Source: Camelus ferus
Taxonomy: Eukaryota
Reading direction: 5' to 3'
Assembly (NCBI RefSeq): GCF_009834535.1
Contig: NC_045696.1
Coordinates: 122,390,001-122,453,268, forward strand
DNA length: 63,268 nucleotides
Position 1 is the first letter of the stretch; each line of letters starts with the position of its first letter. The notes under the pieces were generated by a model, which was given only the letters and a program-made list of their open reading frames with translations, searched no databases and was not told where the DNA came from. Position numbers and translations under genes: made by a program. Positions 49,232 to 61,900 of this stretch are shown piece by piece.

Positions 49232-51170
49232 GTTTAATGGTATTATTTAATCATAATTATGATTACAAGTTAGTTCTTTAATAAAGCAGACTGTTTCTGT
49301 GTATGTTACATATATTCACTCATTGAGTCTTTACACACCAAAAGCTTTTAATCTTCAAATTATCTCACTGAGCTAGGTTTTCTTCTTCTTGTTATTTTAC
49401 AACAATTGTTTCTAGATAATTCTCTACTAATGCCAATTTCTGTTCTAAGTACTTAGCGCACACTTACTCACTCATCCTATTCACCTTAGCATATTTAGCC
49501 TTCCGATTTAAGTTAAGTTTTGTTTTTGTTCCTATTGTATCTTATTAATAGGATGATTATTACTAGTTAGTTCTTTACTAAAGCCAACCTCAGTTCTAAA
49601 TATTTTATATACATTCAGTTGTGGAATCATCACACACCTTAACTCATTTACTTCTGATAGCACCCCAGTGAGACTGGTTTTTTTGTTTTTATTATTTTAT
49701 TATTTTTGTCTTATTATCATAATTACCTTTATTAATGCTGACCTCTGTTGAAAGCACTGCATGTATAATTTAATTACTCATTGTGTCCTTACTACCTTAC
49801 TTAGACATCACAAATCTCAATGTCATAGGTTTATTTTTGGTGTTATTTTATTATTATAGATAATAATTTTTACGTTTTATAGTTCATTCTTTAGTAATGC
49901 TGACCTCAGTCCCTAGAACCCAAATGAATTTAGACTTTGATCCTATAAAACTTAATTTATTTTGTCTTTACAGCCTACCAATGAGGTAGACTTTGTTGCC
50001 GTTATTTATCAACATCATCGTCATCCTCATTATTCTTATTTTCATTTTTATAATTTTTATTTTTATTACACATTTATTAGATATTTACAGAATTGACATC
50101 TTTCCTCATACTTTATAAAAACTTCATTGTTAATTACTCTGCACCTTATTTACTTAGTTTTTGTTAATTCTAACTCCTAAGTACTTTCATACATTTGCTC
50201 CTTGAATCCTATAAGTTTCAACTTACTTAATTTTACAACATACCATTGAGGTAGGTTTTGATTGTTTTTGCTATTTTTATTATTACTACTTAGTTCATTA
50301 CTAATGCTGACTTCTGTTCTAAGTCCTTCAGGAGTTATTCATGGAATATCATATACTTTAACTAATTTAGTTTTTGCAACATCCCAATAATGTATGGTTT
50401 TGGTTGATGATGATGATGATGATGATGATGGTGATGATGGAGAAGAAGAAGCACAGTGATGATGTTGATGGCGGTGAAGACAAGTTAAATTTTTTACTAC
50501 TTCACATCCCTGATTGGTGCCTCATGTGCAATTACTCATTCAATTATACAAATTAACTTATTGAGTCTCCACTGCATTAAAGCTTTTTTATTATCCTTAC
50601 TCTTATCAATGGTTGGTCTAACACCAAATCTGTCTCAGTACTTTATATATACTTGCTCAATGAATTGTATACATCTTAACTTATGTACTCTTCATAGCAT
50701 TCCAGTAAGATACTTGGCTTTTTTGTTTTATGATTGCTGTTATTACAGTCACTAGTAGGTTCTTTCCTAATACTGACTTCCACTGCAAGTAACTTTTATG
50801 TATATTATTGACTCTTTTTATACTTTAATTATTTATTTAGTTTCTATATCATCCCACTGATTAGTTATTGTTGTTTTTGTTACTTTATTATTACTGATCA
50901 TAATTATTATATCACTGTTTATTTCTTTACTATTGCTGACCCATATTTAAAGTACTCTATAGACATGTACTTGTTGAAGCCCTGTACGTAAATCTTGACT
51001 TATTCAGCCTTCAAAGCATCCCTGTGGGTAGGTTTTATGCTGTTTGCATTGTTATTGCTAGTAAGTTTTATCAATAATTTTTAACATTATCCCTGTTTTT
51101 TTTCCTAGTGCCATTCTCTGTTCCAACTAGTTATATACATTTACTTATTCAGTCCTTAAATAAAATAAGT
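47985..51170 (-). repeat. Degenerate tandem array of ~21 MIR-derived units (mean ~155 bp) with variable microsatellite spacers
   Basis: TAATGCTGAC-like anchor at ~47998, 48149, 48274, 48418, 48659, 48790, 48945, 49091, 49282, 49428, 49579, 49733, 49895, 50089, 50165, 50302, 50498, 50619, 50768, 50931, 51106. The core resembles antisense MIR (CTGTGCTAAGCACTTTACA..ATCTCATTTAATCCTCACAACAACCCTATGAGGTAGG). Confidence 0.85.
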
Positions 51171-51211
51171 TATCAAGTCGTTGCAGATGTCATGGTGTTT
51201 AGGATGGAGGC

Positions 51212-51220
51212 CAAGATGGC
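51212..51220 (+). promoter_or_regulatory. YY1-type site (CAAGATGGC) at the L1 internal promoter
   Basis: Canonical motif at the canonical position at the L1 5' end. Confidence 0.7.
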
Positions 51221-53273
51221 AGAACAGTGGGACGCTAATAGCTCAATCTCTCCCACAAACACACCAAGAATCACATCCATGGACCTACTCAGCCAACCAG
51301 AGCACATGCAGAACTCCAACAGAACTTCGTCCTCTTCAAAAGACAAAGATGCCAAAAATCTGGTAGGAGAAAAGGAAAGAAGAAAAAAGAAAAACAAAAC
51401 AGTGTAGGACTGGTCCTGTTGGGAGGGAGTGGCAAAGGAGGTATAGTACTCATATGCTTGGTTTCCCCTACTCAAAACTTTGAAGCCAACAGGATGGATG
51501 GGGAACCTCCAAGGCTCGAATCTGTACAGAGCAGCCCTTGGCCAACAGAACTAAGTTAAAAGGGCACAGAGGGTCCCTGTGACAACCAGTCTGAGAAGCG
51601 AGCCAGCAGCTGGGGCTGGGAAAGGCTGCTCAAGCCTGGCAGAGGATGGGGGTGGCTGAACTGAGGCAGGCCCAAGGGACTGCAAAGGGCTGTGCACTGT
51701 GGTTGAGTGGGTGCACAGGGCAAAACAACCTGGGTCCTCCAAAAAACAACACGGCTGATGTGCCCTGGGGAGAAGAGTGCAATACCCCTATCGCAGAAGG
51801 TTTTCAGGTGAAGAGAGGCGGGTCTCAGGCACAGTCGCCATATCCTCTGGTGCTTAGCACCCAGCTGGGCGTAGGGGTGTAATCTGAGCCCTCACCTAAG
51901 GGCTTAGCAGCCTCAAAGATCAGATGGAGACTTGTCTACAGCCTGAGGCAAATAGGATCCTTCCACCCTAGTACCTCAGAGAACTTAATGTGCCAAGACA
52001 AACAAAGAGCTGGGTTTTGGCAAAGAGCAGGTGTGGGGCTGTTATAAAAACTTCTCTGAGCCCACCTACAGGTCGCTGGCTCAAGACAGAGAGGGCAGCT
52101 GCACAGAGCTGCAGAGCGACTGGCGCCAGGAGACGGCATGCAGCCCCCACATTTCGAGCAGGAATGCAACACCTGAACGTGGTGCTGGGGAGGGGATGAA
52201 ACCACCCTCTTATCTGGCCAGCCTGCAACATCTGACTGAGACATCATGAGGGGCCCTGACCCGCCCGCCCACAGCGAAGGAGAGCTGCACCTGACTGAGT
52301 GTTGTGAGGGTCGTGAACTGCTTGCCAACAGGCAACTAGAGCAGCACAGATGAGGGCACCAATGGAGGGCCTCTGGAAACACCAAGCTGAGTTCGTGAAA
52401 CAGGGTGAAGACACAAAGACTTCTCATTAAGAGCACACATTCTCCAGGAGAACACCTCCGCTTTTTTTTTTAAATTCGTTTTGAACTGTTCTATAATTAC
52501 TACCTTTTTAATTTTTACTTTTTAATAATTATGTGTGCTCCTAGTTTAACCCTTTTAAATTTCTATTTTAAAATATTTTATTATTATTATATTTAAAAAT
52601 CCATGTCATTTCATTTTAGGTTCTCTTGGTTTTGATGTCCTGTTGTTGATTATATATAAGTTTCAAATATATTATTACCCTCTTTTCTCATTTTTAAAAT
52701 CGTTTTAAAAGACTTGTCAATCAGATTGCTATTTTGCTTCAACTTGCTCTTGTATTATTCATTATATACAGTTTTCAAAACTTTTTTCCTCCCTGCTTTT
52801 AAAATTTTCTCTTTATCATTTTTATTTCTTAATTTTCTATTACCTTTATAATTTCTACTTTCTAAACAATTGTATATGCTTATAGTTTTAATTCCTTTAA
52901 AGTTTTTCTTTTAAAGTAGTTATATTACTATTATTTTAAAAAATCCACCTTTCATTCTCATTTCTTTAGGTTTGACCTCCTGTTATTGATTATACAGGGG
53001 TTCCAAATATTGTGTTTTGATCTTTTTACATTTTTTAAGCATTGTTAATAAGACGTTTCAACTCGATGGCTAGTCTGTCTCAAATTGCTTTTCTATAATT
53101 GATTATTCCCTGTTTTCCAACCATTTTTCTCACTTGTTTTAAAATTCTCTTTCTTTCTCTCCCTCCCTTTTTTCTGTTTTATTTCTACATAGGCATTAGA
53201 TAGATAAATAAATAAACTCCTTAAAGACCACATGAAATAACTGATACACCATAAGCCATAGTGCTGAAGAGAT

Positions 53274-54176
53274 TTGAACAAGATTAGGAAGCAGAGAAAC
53301 CATCCCCAACTAAAGGAAAAAGAGAAATCCCCTGAAGGAATGATCAATGAGATAGACATCAATAGCCTATTAGATCAAGATTTCAAAACAGGAGTGCTCA
53401 AATTACTGAAGGAACTAAAAGAGATGGTGTTTAGAAATATGAAATATGTCAAAAATGAAATGGAAGCTAAAAAGAAGAGACAAGTAGAAATGGTAAATGC
53501 ATTAGCTGAGATGAGTACTGATCTAAAGGCTGTGCAAAGCAGACTAGATAATGCAGAGGAACGAATATGTGACATAGAATTCAGGACAACAGTAAACTCC
53601 CAATCAGAGCAGCTGTGAGATAAACACAAATAAAAACAAATGAAAACAACACAAGAGATCTAAGGGATAAAATTAAGTGTGCCAATCTTCACATAATTGG
53701 GGTCCCAGAAGGGGAAGAATCATCAAAGGGGATTGAAAAGGTACTGGAAGAAATCATGACTGAAAATTTCCCAAAATTAAAGATGGAATCAGATATCCAA
53801 GTACAGGAAGCTCAGAGGATTCCAAACAGTAAGAACCCAGAGACCCACACCAAGACATATCATAATCAAGATGACCAGAGTCAAGGATAAAGAAATGATC
53901 CTAAAGGCGGCAAGAGAAAAGCAAAGAGGGGATTACAATGGAACCCCTATAATGCTCTCAGCTGATTTCCCTACACAAACACTACAGGCCAGAAGGAAGT
54001 GGCAAGAGGTACCCAAAGTCTTGAATGAAGAAAATGATGCAGCGTAGGATACTCTCTCCAGCAAGGCTATCTTTTAGGAGAGAATGATACATAAAGAATT
54101 TCAGAAACAAGCGAACCCTACAAGAGTTTAGCCACACTAAAACCATGCTAAAAAAATATTGAAAAGTCTACTCTAA
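53274..54176 (+). pseudogene. Disrupted L1 ORF1p
   Basis: NKIRKQRNHPQLKEKEKSPE...RLDNAEERICDIE coiled coil, then ANLHIIGVPEGEE...IMTENFPK and TPRHIIIKM (RRM). Start codon mutated, premature stop at 53616-53618, frameshifts. Confidence 0.92.
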
Positions 54177-54580
54177 ATAAAGCAGCAGGATGGAACATAA
54201 ATGAGAAACTCACAAATGAAAAGGTGATAACTCATGAAATGCAAATAAAATAAACATGAAGTTGTAAAAGAAGACATCTAAATCATTAAGAGTGGGAGAA
54301 GGAAGCAAGAAAGTATAGAGTATTTTTTTCCTTTCTTTTCAAAATATATTGTTCTTGGTAGGATGGGTTTGAGATTATGTAACTATCAGTCTAATAAAAA
54401 CAGTTATAGTAATGGGCTAATAGACTTTAAGCAACGGGTAACCACAAGCGAAGAACTTACAAGGGAGTCACAAAAACTAAATAAAATCCATGATAATACA
54501 AAGGAAACTTACCAAAGCACAAAAGGCAGAAGAAAGGAACAAAGAGGAAATACCAAATCAACTGCAAAACTAAGTTCAAA

Positions 54581-54663
54581 TTGGCAATAAACACTCATCT
54601 ATCATTAATTACTTGAAATTTTAACAGAATGAATGCTCCTGGCAAAAGACCTTAGAATGGCAG
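54581..54663 (+). pseudogene. Disrupted start of L1 ORF2p endonuclease
   Basis: TTGGCAATAAACACTCATCTATCATTAATTACTTGA... corresponds to (M)AINTHLSLIT*NFNRMNAPGKR, the decayed ITLNVNGLNAPIKR motif. Confidence 0.8.
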
Positions 54664-54763
54664 NNNNNNNNNNNNNNNNNNNNNNNNNNNNNNNNNNNNN
54701 NNNNNNNNNNNNNNNNNNNNNNNNNNNNNNNNNNNNNNNNNNNNNNNNNNNNNNNNNNNNNNN
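54664..54763. other. Assembly gap (100 N)
   Basis: Run of exactly 100 N. Confidence 0.99.
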
Positions 54764-55223
54764 CATTATCAAAAAGATTAAAATTGAAATGTGACTGGCA
54801 ATTCTCTATGCAATGTGTAACTCCTATTCAATATAATGAAATAGAAACACTATGGTATAAGATTAGACAACATTTACAAGGAGCATTTAATGAGTTTTTT
54901 GGAGAACATATTAACTCTTTACAAGATCAGTTGGAGACTTAATTACATAATATCCATGATGCTTTTGTACAAAATATATTTGAGCAAGTTGAAAATGGAT
55001 TTCATTGGCCTAAGCCTGAAAATTAGTTTAATGAGCTTAATTTATGCATTTTTATTGATATTGACATGCTTATATTTATCTGTATTGCCTTGTTATACCT
55101 TTTAAAATGGATATGTAATTTGCAAAAGCAACTGGAAGCTCAACAACAAAGTTGTGTTATGATGGGATTTCTTGCTTCAGCACAAGATTGTTTCCTTGCT
55201 TTAAATAATAAAAAGGGAGGAAA
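54764..55223 (+). pseudogene. ERVK/betaretrovirus-like env TM remnant (frameshifted) with polypurine tract
   Basis: Frame from 54766 reads LSKRLKLKCDWQFSMQCVTPIQYNEIETLWYKIRQHLQG, matching the beta-type TM CX7C region (cf. HERV-K LQCDWNTSDFCITP...WDMVRRHLQG). A hydrophobic anchor follows, then PPT AAAAAGGGAGGAAA. Confidence 0.88.
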
Positions 55224-55670
55224 TGTAGGCCCCTGTCTGAAGGCTCTAGAGAATAAGCTATGGGCTGAACTGATAAACTAGCTGTGAGGAATGTAACCAG
55301 GCTGTATAAGAAATGGCCTACTTAATGTACCCAATTTGGATGGCTGGATAGCCAATGACAGGTATGATCCTCAGAGGAGGACAACCTAAGCCAAGAACAG
55401 CCGGATGGATAAGAGATGGTCTACTTAACGAAGTTTCATGATGAACTTTAAAACAACTGTCCTTGATCTTGTAACATTCTGTGCTTACTGTAGGAGCTTG
55501 GGGACATAAATAGCTTAAGATTATTAACATTGTTATAATTTAGATGATATGTGAGACACCATGCATGTCCTATATAAGCCCTTTTCTAAGAATCAATAAA
55601 CAGAGAACTGTTTCACTTCTCTCTGCATGGTGTTCATGTGTACATATCACACCACCAATGAGGTTTACTG
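55224..55670 (+). mobile_element. ERVK-like 3' LTR
   Basis: TGTAGG start right after the PPT; TATATAA at 55571-55577; AATAAA at 55595-55600; L1 sequence resumes at ~55671 (right boundary approximate). Confidence 0.8.
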
Positions 55671-58600
55671 TTCTCAAGATTCCTTTGACTATAAAGGATT
55701 TTTTGTTTGTTTGTTTCTTTTCAAAGAAATATTGGAATTGCGCAGGTTTTTTTATTCCCTGTGAAAATTGAAATGGGTAGTTTGATTGCATTAAGCAGCA
55801 GATTGCTTTGAGTGTTGTCATCATTTTCACAATATTAATTCTTCCAAATTTGAGCATGGTGTATCTTCCTATTTCTTTGTGTCATCCTTAATTTTTTCAT
55901 TAATGTCTTGTACTTTCACATTACAATTCTTTTGGTACTTTGTTTATATTTATTTCTAGGTATCTTTCTTTTAGATGTAAATGCATATTGAATTATTTTA
56001 TAAACTTATTTTTTTGTTAATAATGTATAAAAATGCAAGAATTTCATGTTAACTTGATATCTTACCTTTTTCTGGATTATTTATTATTTCCAATAGATTT
56101 GGGGTAGAATTTTCTTTATATATCATCATGTCATCTGTAAACATTGAGAACTTTTTTCCTACAGATTTGGAATTTTTTTTCCTTTTTCCTGTAATTTCCT
56201 TGGCTAGGACTTCCAATATTATGACTAAGTTTCATGAGAGTGTGAACCTTTGTTTTTTCTTGATCTTAGAGGAAATGATTTCAGCTTTTCACTATTGATC
56301 TTGATACTAACTGTGGGTTATTTATATGGCCTTTATTATGTTAAGGCATGTTCCCACTCTAGCCACTCTTTTGAGAGATTTTTTTATTACAAGTGGATGT
56401 TGAATTTTTTTCATACTAGAACTATTTACAATATTCAAAATGTGGAAGCAACCTAAGTGCCTATCAACAGATAGCTGGATTAGAAAGACTTGGTACATAT
56501 TTACAATGAACTGTTACTCAGCTAAAAAAAAGTTATGAAATACTGCCTATCCAACAACTTGGATCTAACTAGTGAATATCATGCTCAGCAAAATGTCGTA
56601 CAGAAAAAGACAAGAACTATGTGATAATTTTATATGTAAAATATAAAAAATAATATGAATGAATGTATATGCAAAACAGAAACAGCCTTATAGATATAGA
56701 AATCAAAGCTGTGTTTCCTAAATGGGAGGGGGAGGAAAAGATAAACGTATAGAATTAACGGATACAATCTACATGTAACATAGATAAGCTACAAGGGTAT
56801 GCTGTACAGCATACAGATATATAACCATTATTTGTAATTACCTATGATGAATTTCTATCTGCAAAAATCCTTAATTCTATATGGTAATACCATGATACTA
56901 ACATGATATTGTGAGTCAACTATACTTTAATTTAAAAATTGTCTTCCTGCATTTATGAAGATATCATAGGACTTTTATTCTTTGATTTGTATATGTGTAT
57001 ATCCTGTTGATTGATTTAAATATTATATACCATCCTTGTTGCTGATGACAAATCACAGTTGATCGTGTTTTATAATCTTTTTTAATTTAGTATATAATTT
57101 GGTTTGTTGATATTTTGTTGAGAATTTATTCATCCATGTCAATCAAGGATATTGGCTTATAAAGTGAGTGGAGGTCTGTGTCTGTATTTGATATAAAAGT
57201 AATGTTGGCCCTACAGAATAAGGTCAAATATATTATTTGGATTTTCTTCCTCAAATTTTCTGTGTAGTTTAAGAAGTACAAGAATAAATAGTTGAAAAAT
57301 AGTTACATGTTAGAATTCCCCTGTCTGGTCCTGAAATTTTGTTGGAATTGTATTACTGATTTAATTTTATTACTGTTAATTGGTTGCTATATTTCCTCTT
57401 CTTTTTTTTTCTGATTTATTTCTTGATGATTGTAGGTTTCTAGGAATAAATTCATTTTTTCTAAATTGTCCACATTATTGGCACATAATTTTATGTAGAA
57501 ATTTCCTATGAGTCTTTGTACTTCTCTGGTATTAGTTGTAACTTTAAAATAATCTATCATTTTATTTATTTGGGCTTTTTTTTTCTTTTCTTTTCCTGAT
57601 AAATCAGGCTGTTTTACCATTTTCCTTCCATTTTCAAAGAATTCATTTTTAGTTTCTCCAATCTTTTCTATTATTGTCAGTATTTTATTTCTTTCCGTCC
57701 TGATCTTTATTATGTTGTGAACTGACATTGGCTTTTGCTCTTCTTTTCAAAAAAAATCCTTAAGTGTAATTGTAGGCTGTTTATTTGAGTGTTTTTATTG
57801 TTTCTGATGGAGTCATGTATTACTAAAAATTTCTTGTTAGAACTACTTCTGCTGCAGTTTGCAGAGTTTGGAAATTTTTTTTCTTTTTTATAATTCTCTA
57901 AATTTTTAAATGTTATATTTGATTTGCTTATTGGCCCATTGATTATTGAATAGCATGCCATTTAGTCTCAATGTATTTATATTTATTTCCAGTTTTCTTT
58001 TAAAAGTTGATATTTAGTTTCATACAGTTTTGGATGGAAAAGTTTCTTGATATGATTTCAGCCTTCTCAAATTTATCAGAATTTGTTTTGTGAACTTGTA
58101 AGTAATCTACCCTAAGGAAACTTCCTGAGCAGTTGAAAATAATGTAAATATTGCTGGTTTTGTATATAATATTTTGTATATATCTATTATTTATGTGGTT
58201 TAATATGTTATTTAAGGCCAGTGTTTCCTTATTATCTGTGTTAATGCCGTGTACATTGTTGTAAGTGTGGTATTTAAGCTTTTCACTACCATTATATTTA
58301 TTTCTGTTTCTCCTTCTGTTGTGAAATATTTGCTGAATATTTTTGTATTCCTAAATTGAGTGCATGAAGACTTATGAATACCGGATTTTCTTGTCTTAGC
58401 ATCTATATTACCATATAAAAACCTTGTTTTTCACTTATTACAGTCTTTGTCTTCAGTCTATTTTGTCTAGTATAAGTAAGCATCCCAGCTTATTTTGGTT
58501 TCCATTTGTATGGAGTATATTTTCTATCCTTTAATTTTAGTCTGTGGGTAGCCTTAGTATAAAGTGATTTAATTATAGGCAGAATAACAATTGGTCTTGC

Positions 58601-58900
58601 TTTATTATCCATTCAGTTACTCTCTGTCTTTTCACTGGAGAATTAATTCCATTTACATTTAGAGTAACTATTGAAGGATATGGAGTTATTGTCACTTTTT
58701 AAATTGTCTTCTCTTTGTTTACTGGTTTCTCTGTTTCTTTCTTCTTGCTCTTTTCCTTTGTCATTTGATTATTTCCTTCATTGATATGCTTTGATTTCTT
58801 TCCCTTTATATATTGTGTGTCTATACACCCATCATTGCTTTGTTGTTGCCATGAGGCTTCCATAAACAATTGTAGAGCATAACCTTGTTGCTTATCTATT
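55671..58900 (-). mobile_element. Old L1 ORF2 region (antisense), interrupted at ~56411-56938
   Basis: ORFs 55570-55857 (GRINIVKM), 57387-57728 (KAQINK...YIKLCANNVDNLEKMNLFLETYN) and 57710-57961 are decayed ORF2p segments. Confidence 0.88.
56411..56938 (+). mobile_element. 5'-truncated L1 3' end inserted in opposite orientation
   Basis: ACTATTTACAATA...TGGAAGCAACCTAAGTG...GTCAACTATACTTTAATTTAAAAA. The host L1 sequence is continuous across it. Confidence 0.88.
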
Positions 58901-58959
58901 TTGTCCATGTAGATTGTATCCTTTAGTACCATATCCTTACTCTGAAACTCAGCTTTTAT

Positions 58960-61900
58960 CTAAACACTGGCATTTTCTGGTTGATTTTCTTCATCTATGA
59001 GTCTGTTTCTCCTTTATTTGGTACACTTATTTGTTTTACATTTTAGCCTCCATGTATAAGTGGTAACAAAAAATATTAATATTCCTCTGTCTAATATTTT
59101 GTTAAGTATAATATTTTCTAGGTCAATCCACATGGTTGCAAAGGACAGTACTTAAAACTGTATTATGTCTGAATATATAACATTGTACATATATATAACA
59201 CATCTTTATCCATTAATATTTTGACTGACACTTGAGTTGTTTCCATGTCTTGATGATCATAAATAATAGCCCTATGGATATGGGGATGCCTATATCTTTT
59301 CAAGTTAGTGTTTTTATTTGTTCAAATATATGTAGATGAATTGAAGTGCAAAAACTATGGTAATCCTATTTTCAGATATTTTAATAACTTCCATAGTGTT
59401 TACCATAGTGTCTGTAGGACTTTACATTTTCACTAACATTGTACAACTCTTTCCTATTCTCCATATTCTCTCCATTTTTTATCTGTGATATTTTTGATGT
59501 TAGCCACTCTGACAGGTGTGAGATGACATCTCATTGTTGCTTTGTGTAAATTTCTCTAATATTTAGTGTTTTGTTTTGCTGATGATTCCTTTGCTCAGCA
59601 AAAGCCTTTAAGATTAATTAGTTTACTCTTGTTTACCTTTCTTTTATTTATTTTGCTTTAGAATAGAGAAAAATTATTGCAATGGTTTATATCCAAAACA
59701 GTTCTGGATTTGTTCTTATCTAAGTGTTTTATAATTTCTGCTTCTATAATTACATCTTTAATCTATAATGGGCTTATTTTTGAATATGGTGTAATATTTT
59801 AATTAATTGCATTCTTCTACTTGTAGCTGTCCAATTTTAACAGCATCACTTATTGAAGAGACTGTCTGTTCTCCTTTGTATTATTATCTCCTGTGTTGCA
59901 GATTAATTGACCATAGTTGCATTGGTTCATTTCTGGGCTCCCTATTCTGTTTTATTGATATATGTGTCTGTTTTAGCGTCAGTAAAATGTTTTGATTATT
60001 ACAACTTCCTAGTCTCTTCTGAAGTCTGAGAGAGTTATATTTTCAACTTTGTACATTCTTCCTCAAGACTGCTTATGCAATTTGAGTTTTTTATGGTTCC
60101 ATCTCAATTTTATGGTTATTACTTCCAATTCTGTGAAAAACATCATGGGTATATTCATAGGGATTTTATTAAATCTGTGGATTGCTTTTGGTATATGGTC
60201 ATTTAAACAATTTTAATTCTTCCATTGCAGGAACATGGAATATATTTCTATAGCTTTGTATTATCTTCAGTTTTCTTTATCAGTGCTTTATAGTTTTTAA
60301 AGTATAGTCTCTTTACCACATTTATTAATTTTATTTCTATTAATTTTATTCATTTAAGTGATTTAAATATATCTGCATTCTATTTTGGATATTTGTTTTA
60401 ATGCATAGAAAGCAATATTTTCTTTATATTAATCTTGTTAAATATTCTTCTGTAACTTTTGAGATAATCATGCTATTTATATTCTTCTCTTGTTAATTTA
60501 ATATATCACTTGCTTGATTTATCAATATTGAAGCATCCTAGTATCACTTGAATAAATTCTGCTGAAATATGGCATTAGAGTTAGGATTATCATTAGAGTT
60601 ATGTGTATGATCCTACTTATATATTGTTGGATACAGTTTACTAATATCCAGTTGAGGATATTTGCAATAATTTTCATAAAAATGTTGACTTCTAATTTTT
60701 TCTAGTGTCTTTAGTTTTGCGGTCTGAGTAATGGTGGCCTCATAGGATGAATTTGGATGTGTTCCATTGTCTTTAATTTGGGAGGAGATTTTGAGAAGGA
60801 AACAAATTAGTTCTTAATAAGTTTTACAGAATTCCTTTATGAGCTATATAGTCCTGGAATGTTGTTTGCTAGAGATATTTTAAAATTACAATTTCATTTT
60901 TACTATTAGTAATTTGTTCAGATTTATTTTTTCTGATTATGTCTTTGAATGTTTTACCTTTAGGAATTAATTCATTTTTCTGAAGTTCTCTAATTTTCTA
61001 ATTATTTCCATATACCTGTTCATAAATTTTTTGTACAGATTTGTGTGTATGTGTGTGTGTTTGTCTCTGGTGTAAATTATTATGTTTAATATTTCATTTC
61101 TTGTTCATTTATGGGTTTTTTTTTGGTCTTGATACACCTCACTAAGGTTTTATTAATTTGGTTTATTTTGTACCCCCACTGAAAAGCTCTTGACTTGACT
61201 TTTATTTTCTAAGCTTTTTCTGTTTATATTTACTTGTTAATTCTCTAGTTCTTATTATTTTTCTCCTAATCTTTTTTGGACTTTGTTTATTCAATTTTCA
61301 AATTCTTTTAAAAGGTAAATGAAGTGTTTTTTGTTTTCAATAACTTTCTTTCTTGAGGAAGGCTCATATCATTATTCAATACCCACTTTGATTTTGAAGC
61401 ATTCCATAGATTATATTAGTTGTGTTTTTATTTTCATTTGCCTCAAGGTATCTTCAGATTCCACCCTTGATTTCTTCCATGAACTACTGATTATTTTAGC
61501 AGCATGTTGTGTATTTTCTGTCTTTGTAATTTTCCTTCTTTGCTGTAAATTATTTGTAGTTTTATATATTTGAGGTTGGAAAAATGCTTTGTCTTATGTG
61601 TATATATTAAATTTTTGATACTGTGTGACCTATTCTAGATATTTTTTAATGATGGATTTAAAAAGGATTTGTATTGAATACCTAAACAAGCAATGATATA
61701 CACATGATCAATAGACACATGAAAAAATGCTCAATATCACTAATTATTAGAGAAATGTAAATCAAAACTACAATGAGGTATCACCTCACACCAGTCACAA
61801 TGGACATCAACCAAATGTCCACAAATGACAAATTCTGGAGAGGTTGTTGAGAAAAGGGAACCCTCTTTCACTGCTGGTGGGAATGCAGTTTGGTGCAGCC

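Larger units (their letters stand above)
51202..54663 (+). mobile_element. 5' half of a lineage-specific (camelid-like) LINE-1: ~2.07-kb 5' UTR, ORF1, inter-ORF and start of ORF2; cut by the gap
   Basis: GGAGGCCAAGATGGC 5' terminus, GC-rich promoter region, ORF1p and ORF2p endonuclease N-terminal homology. Confidence 0.93.

Noticed and set aside
47985..51170. CRISPR-like repeat-spacer layout
   Set aside because: Mammalian DNA, ~110-bp degenerate MIR-like repeats, simple-sequence spacers and no cas genes.
51108..52436. Cluster of overlapping ORFs on both strands (up to 166 aa)
   Set aside because: Expected in the GC-rich L1 5' UTR; no evidence from one decayed copy for an ORF0-like product.
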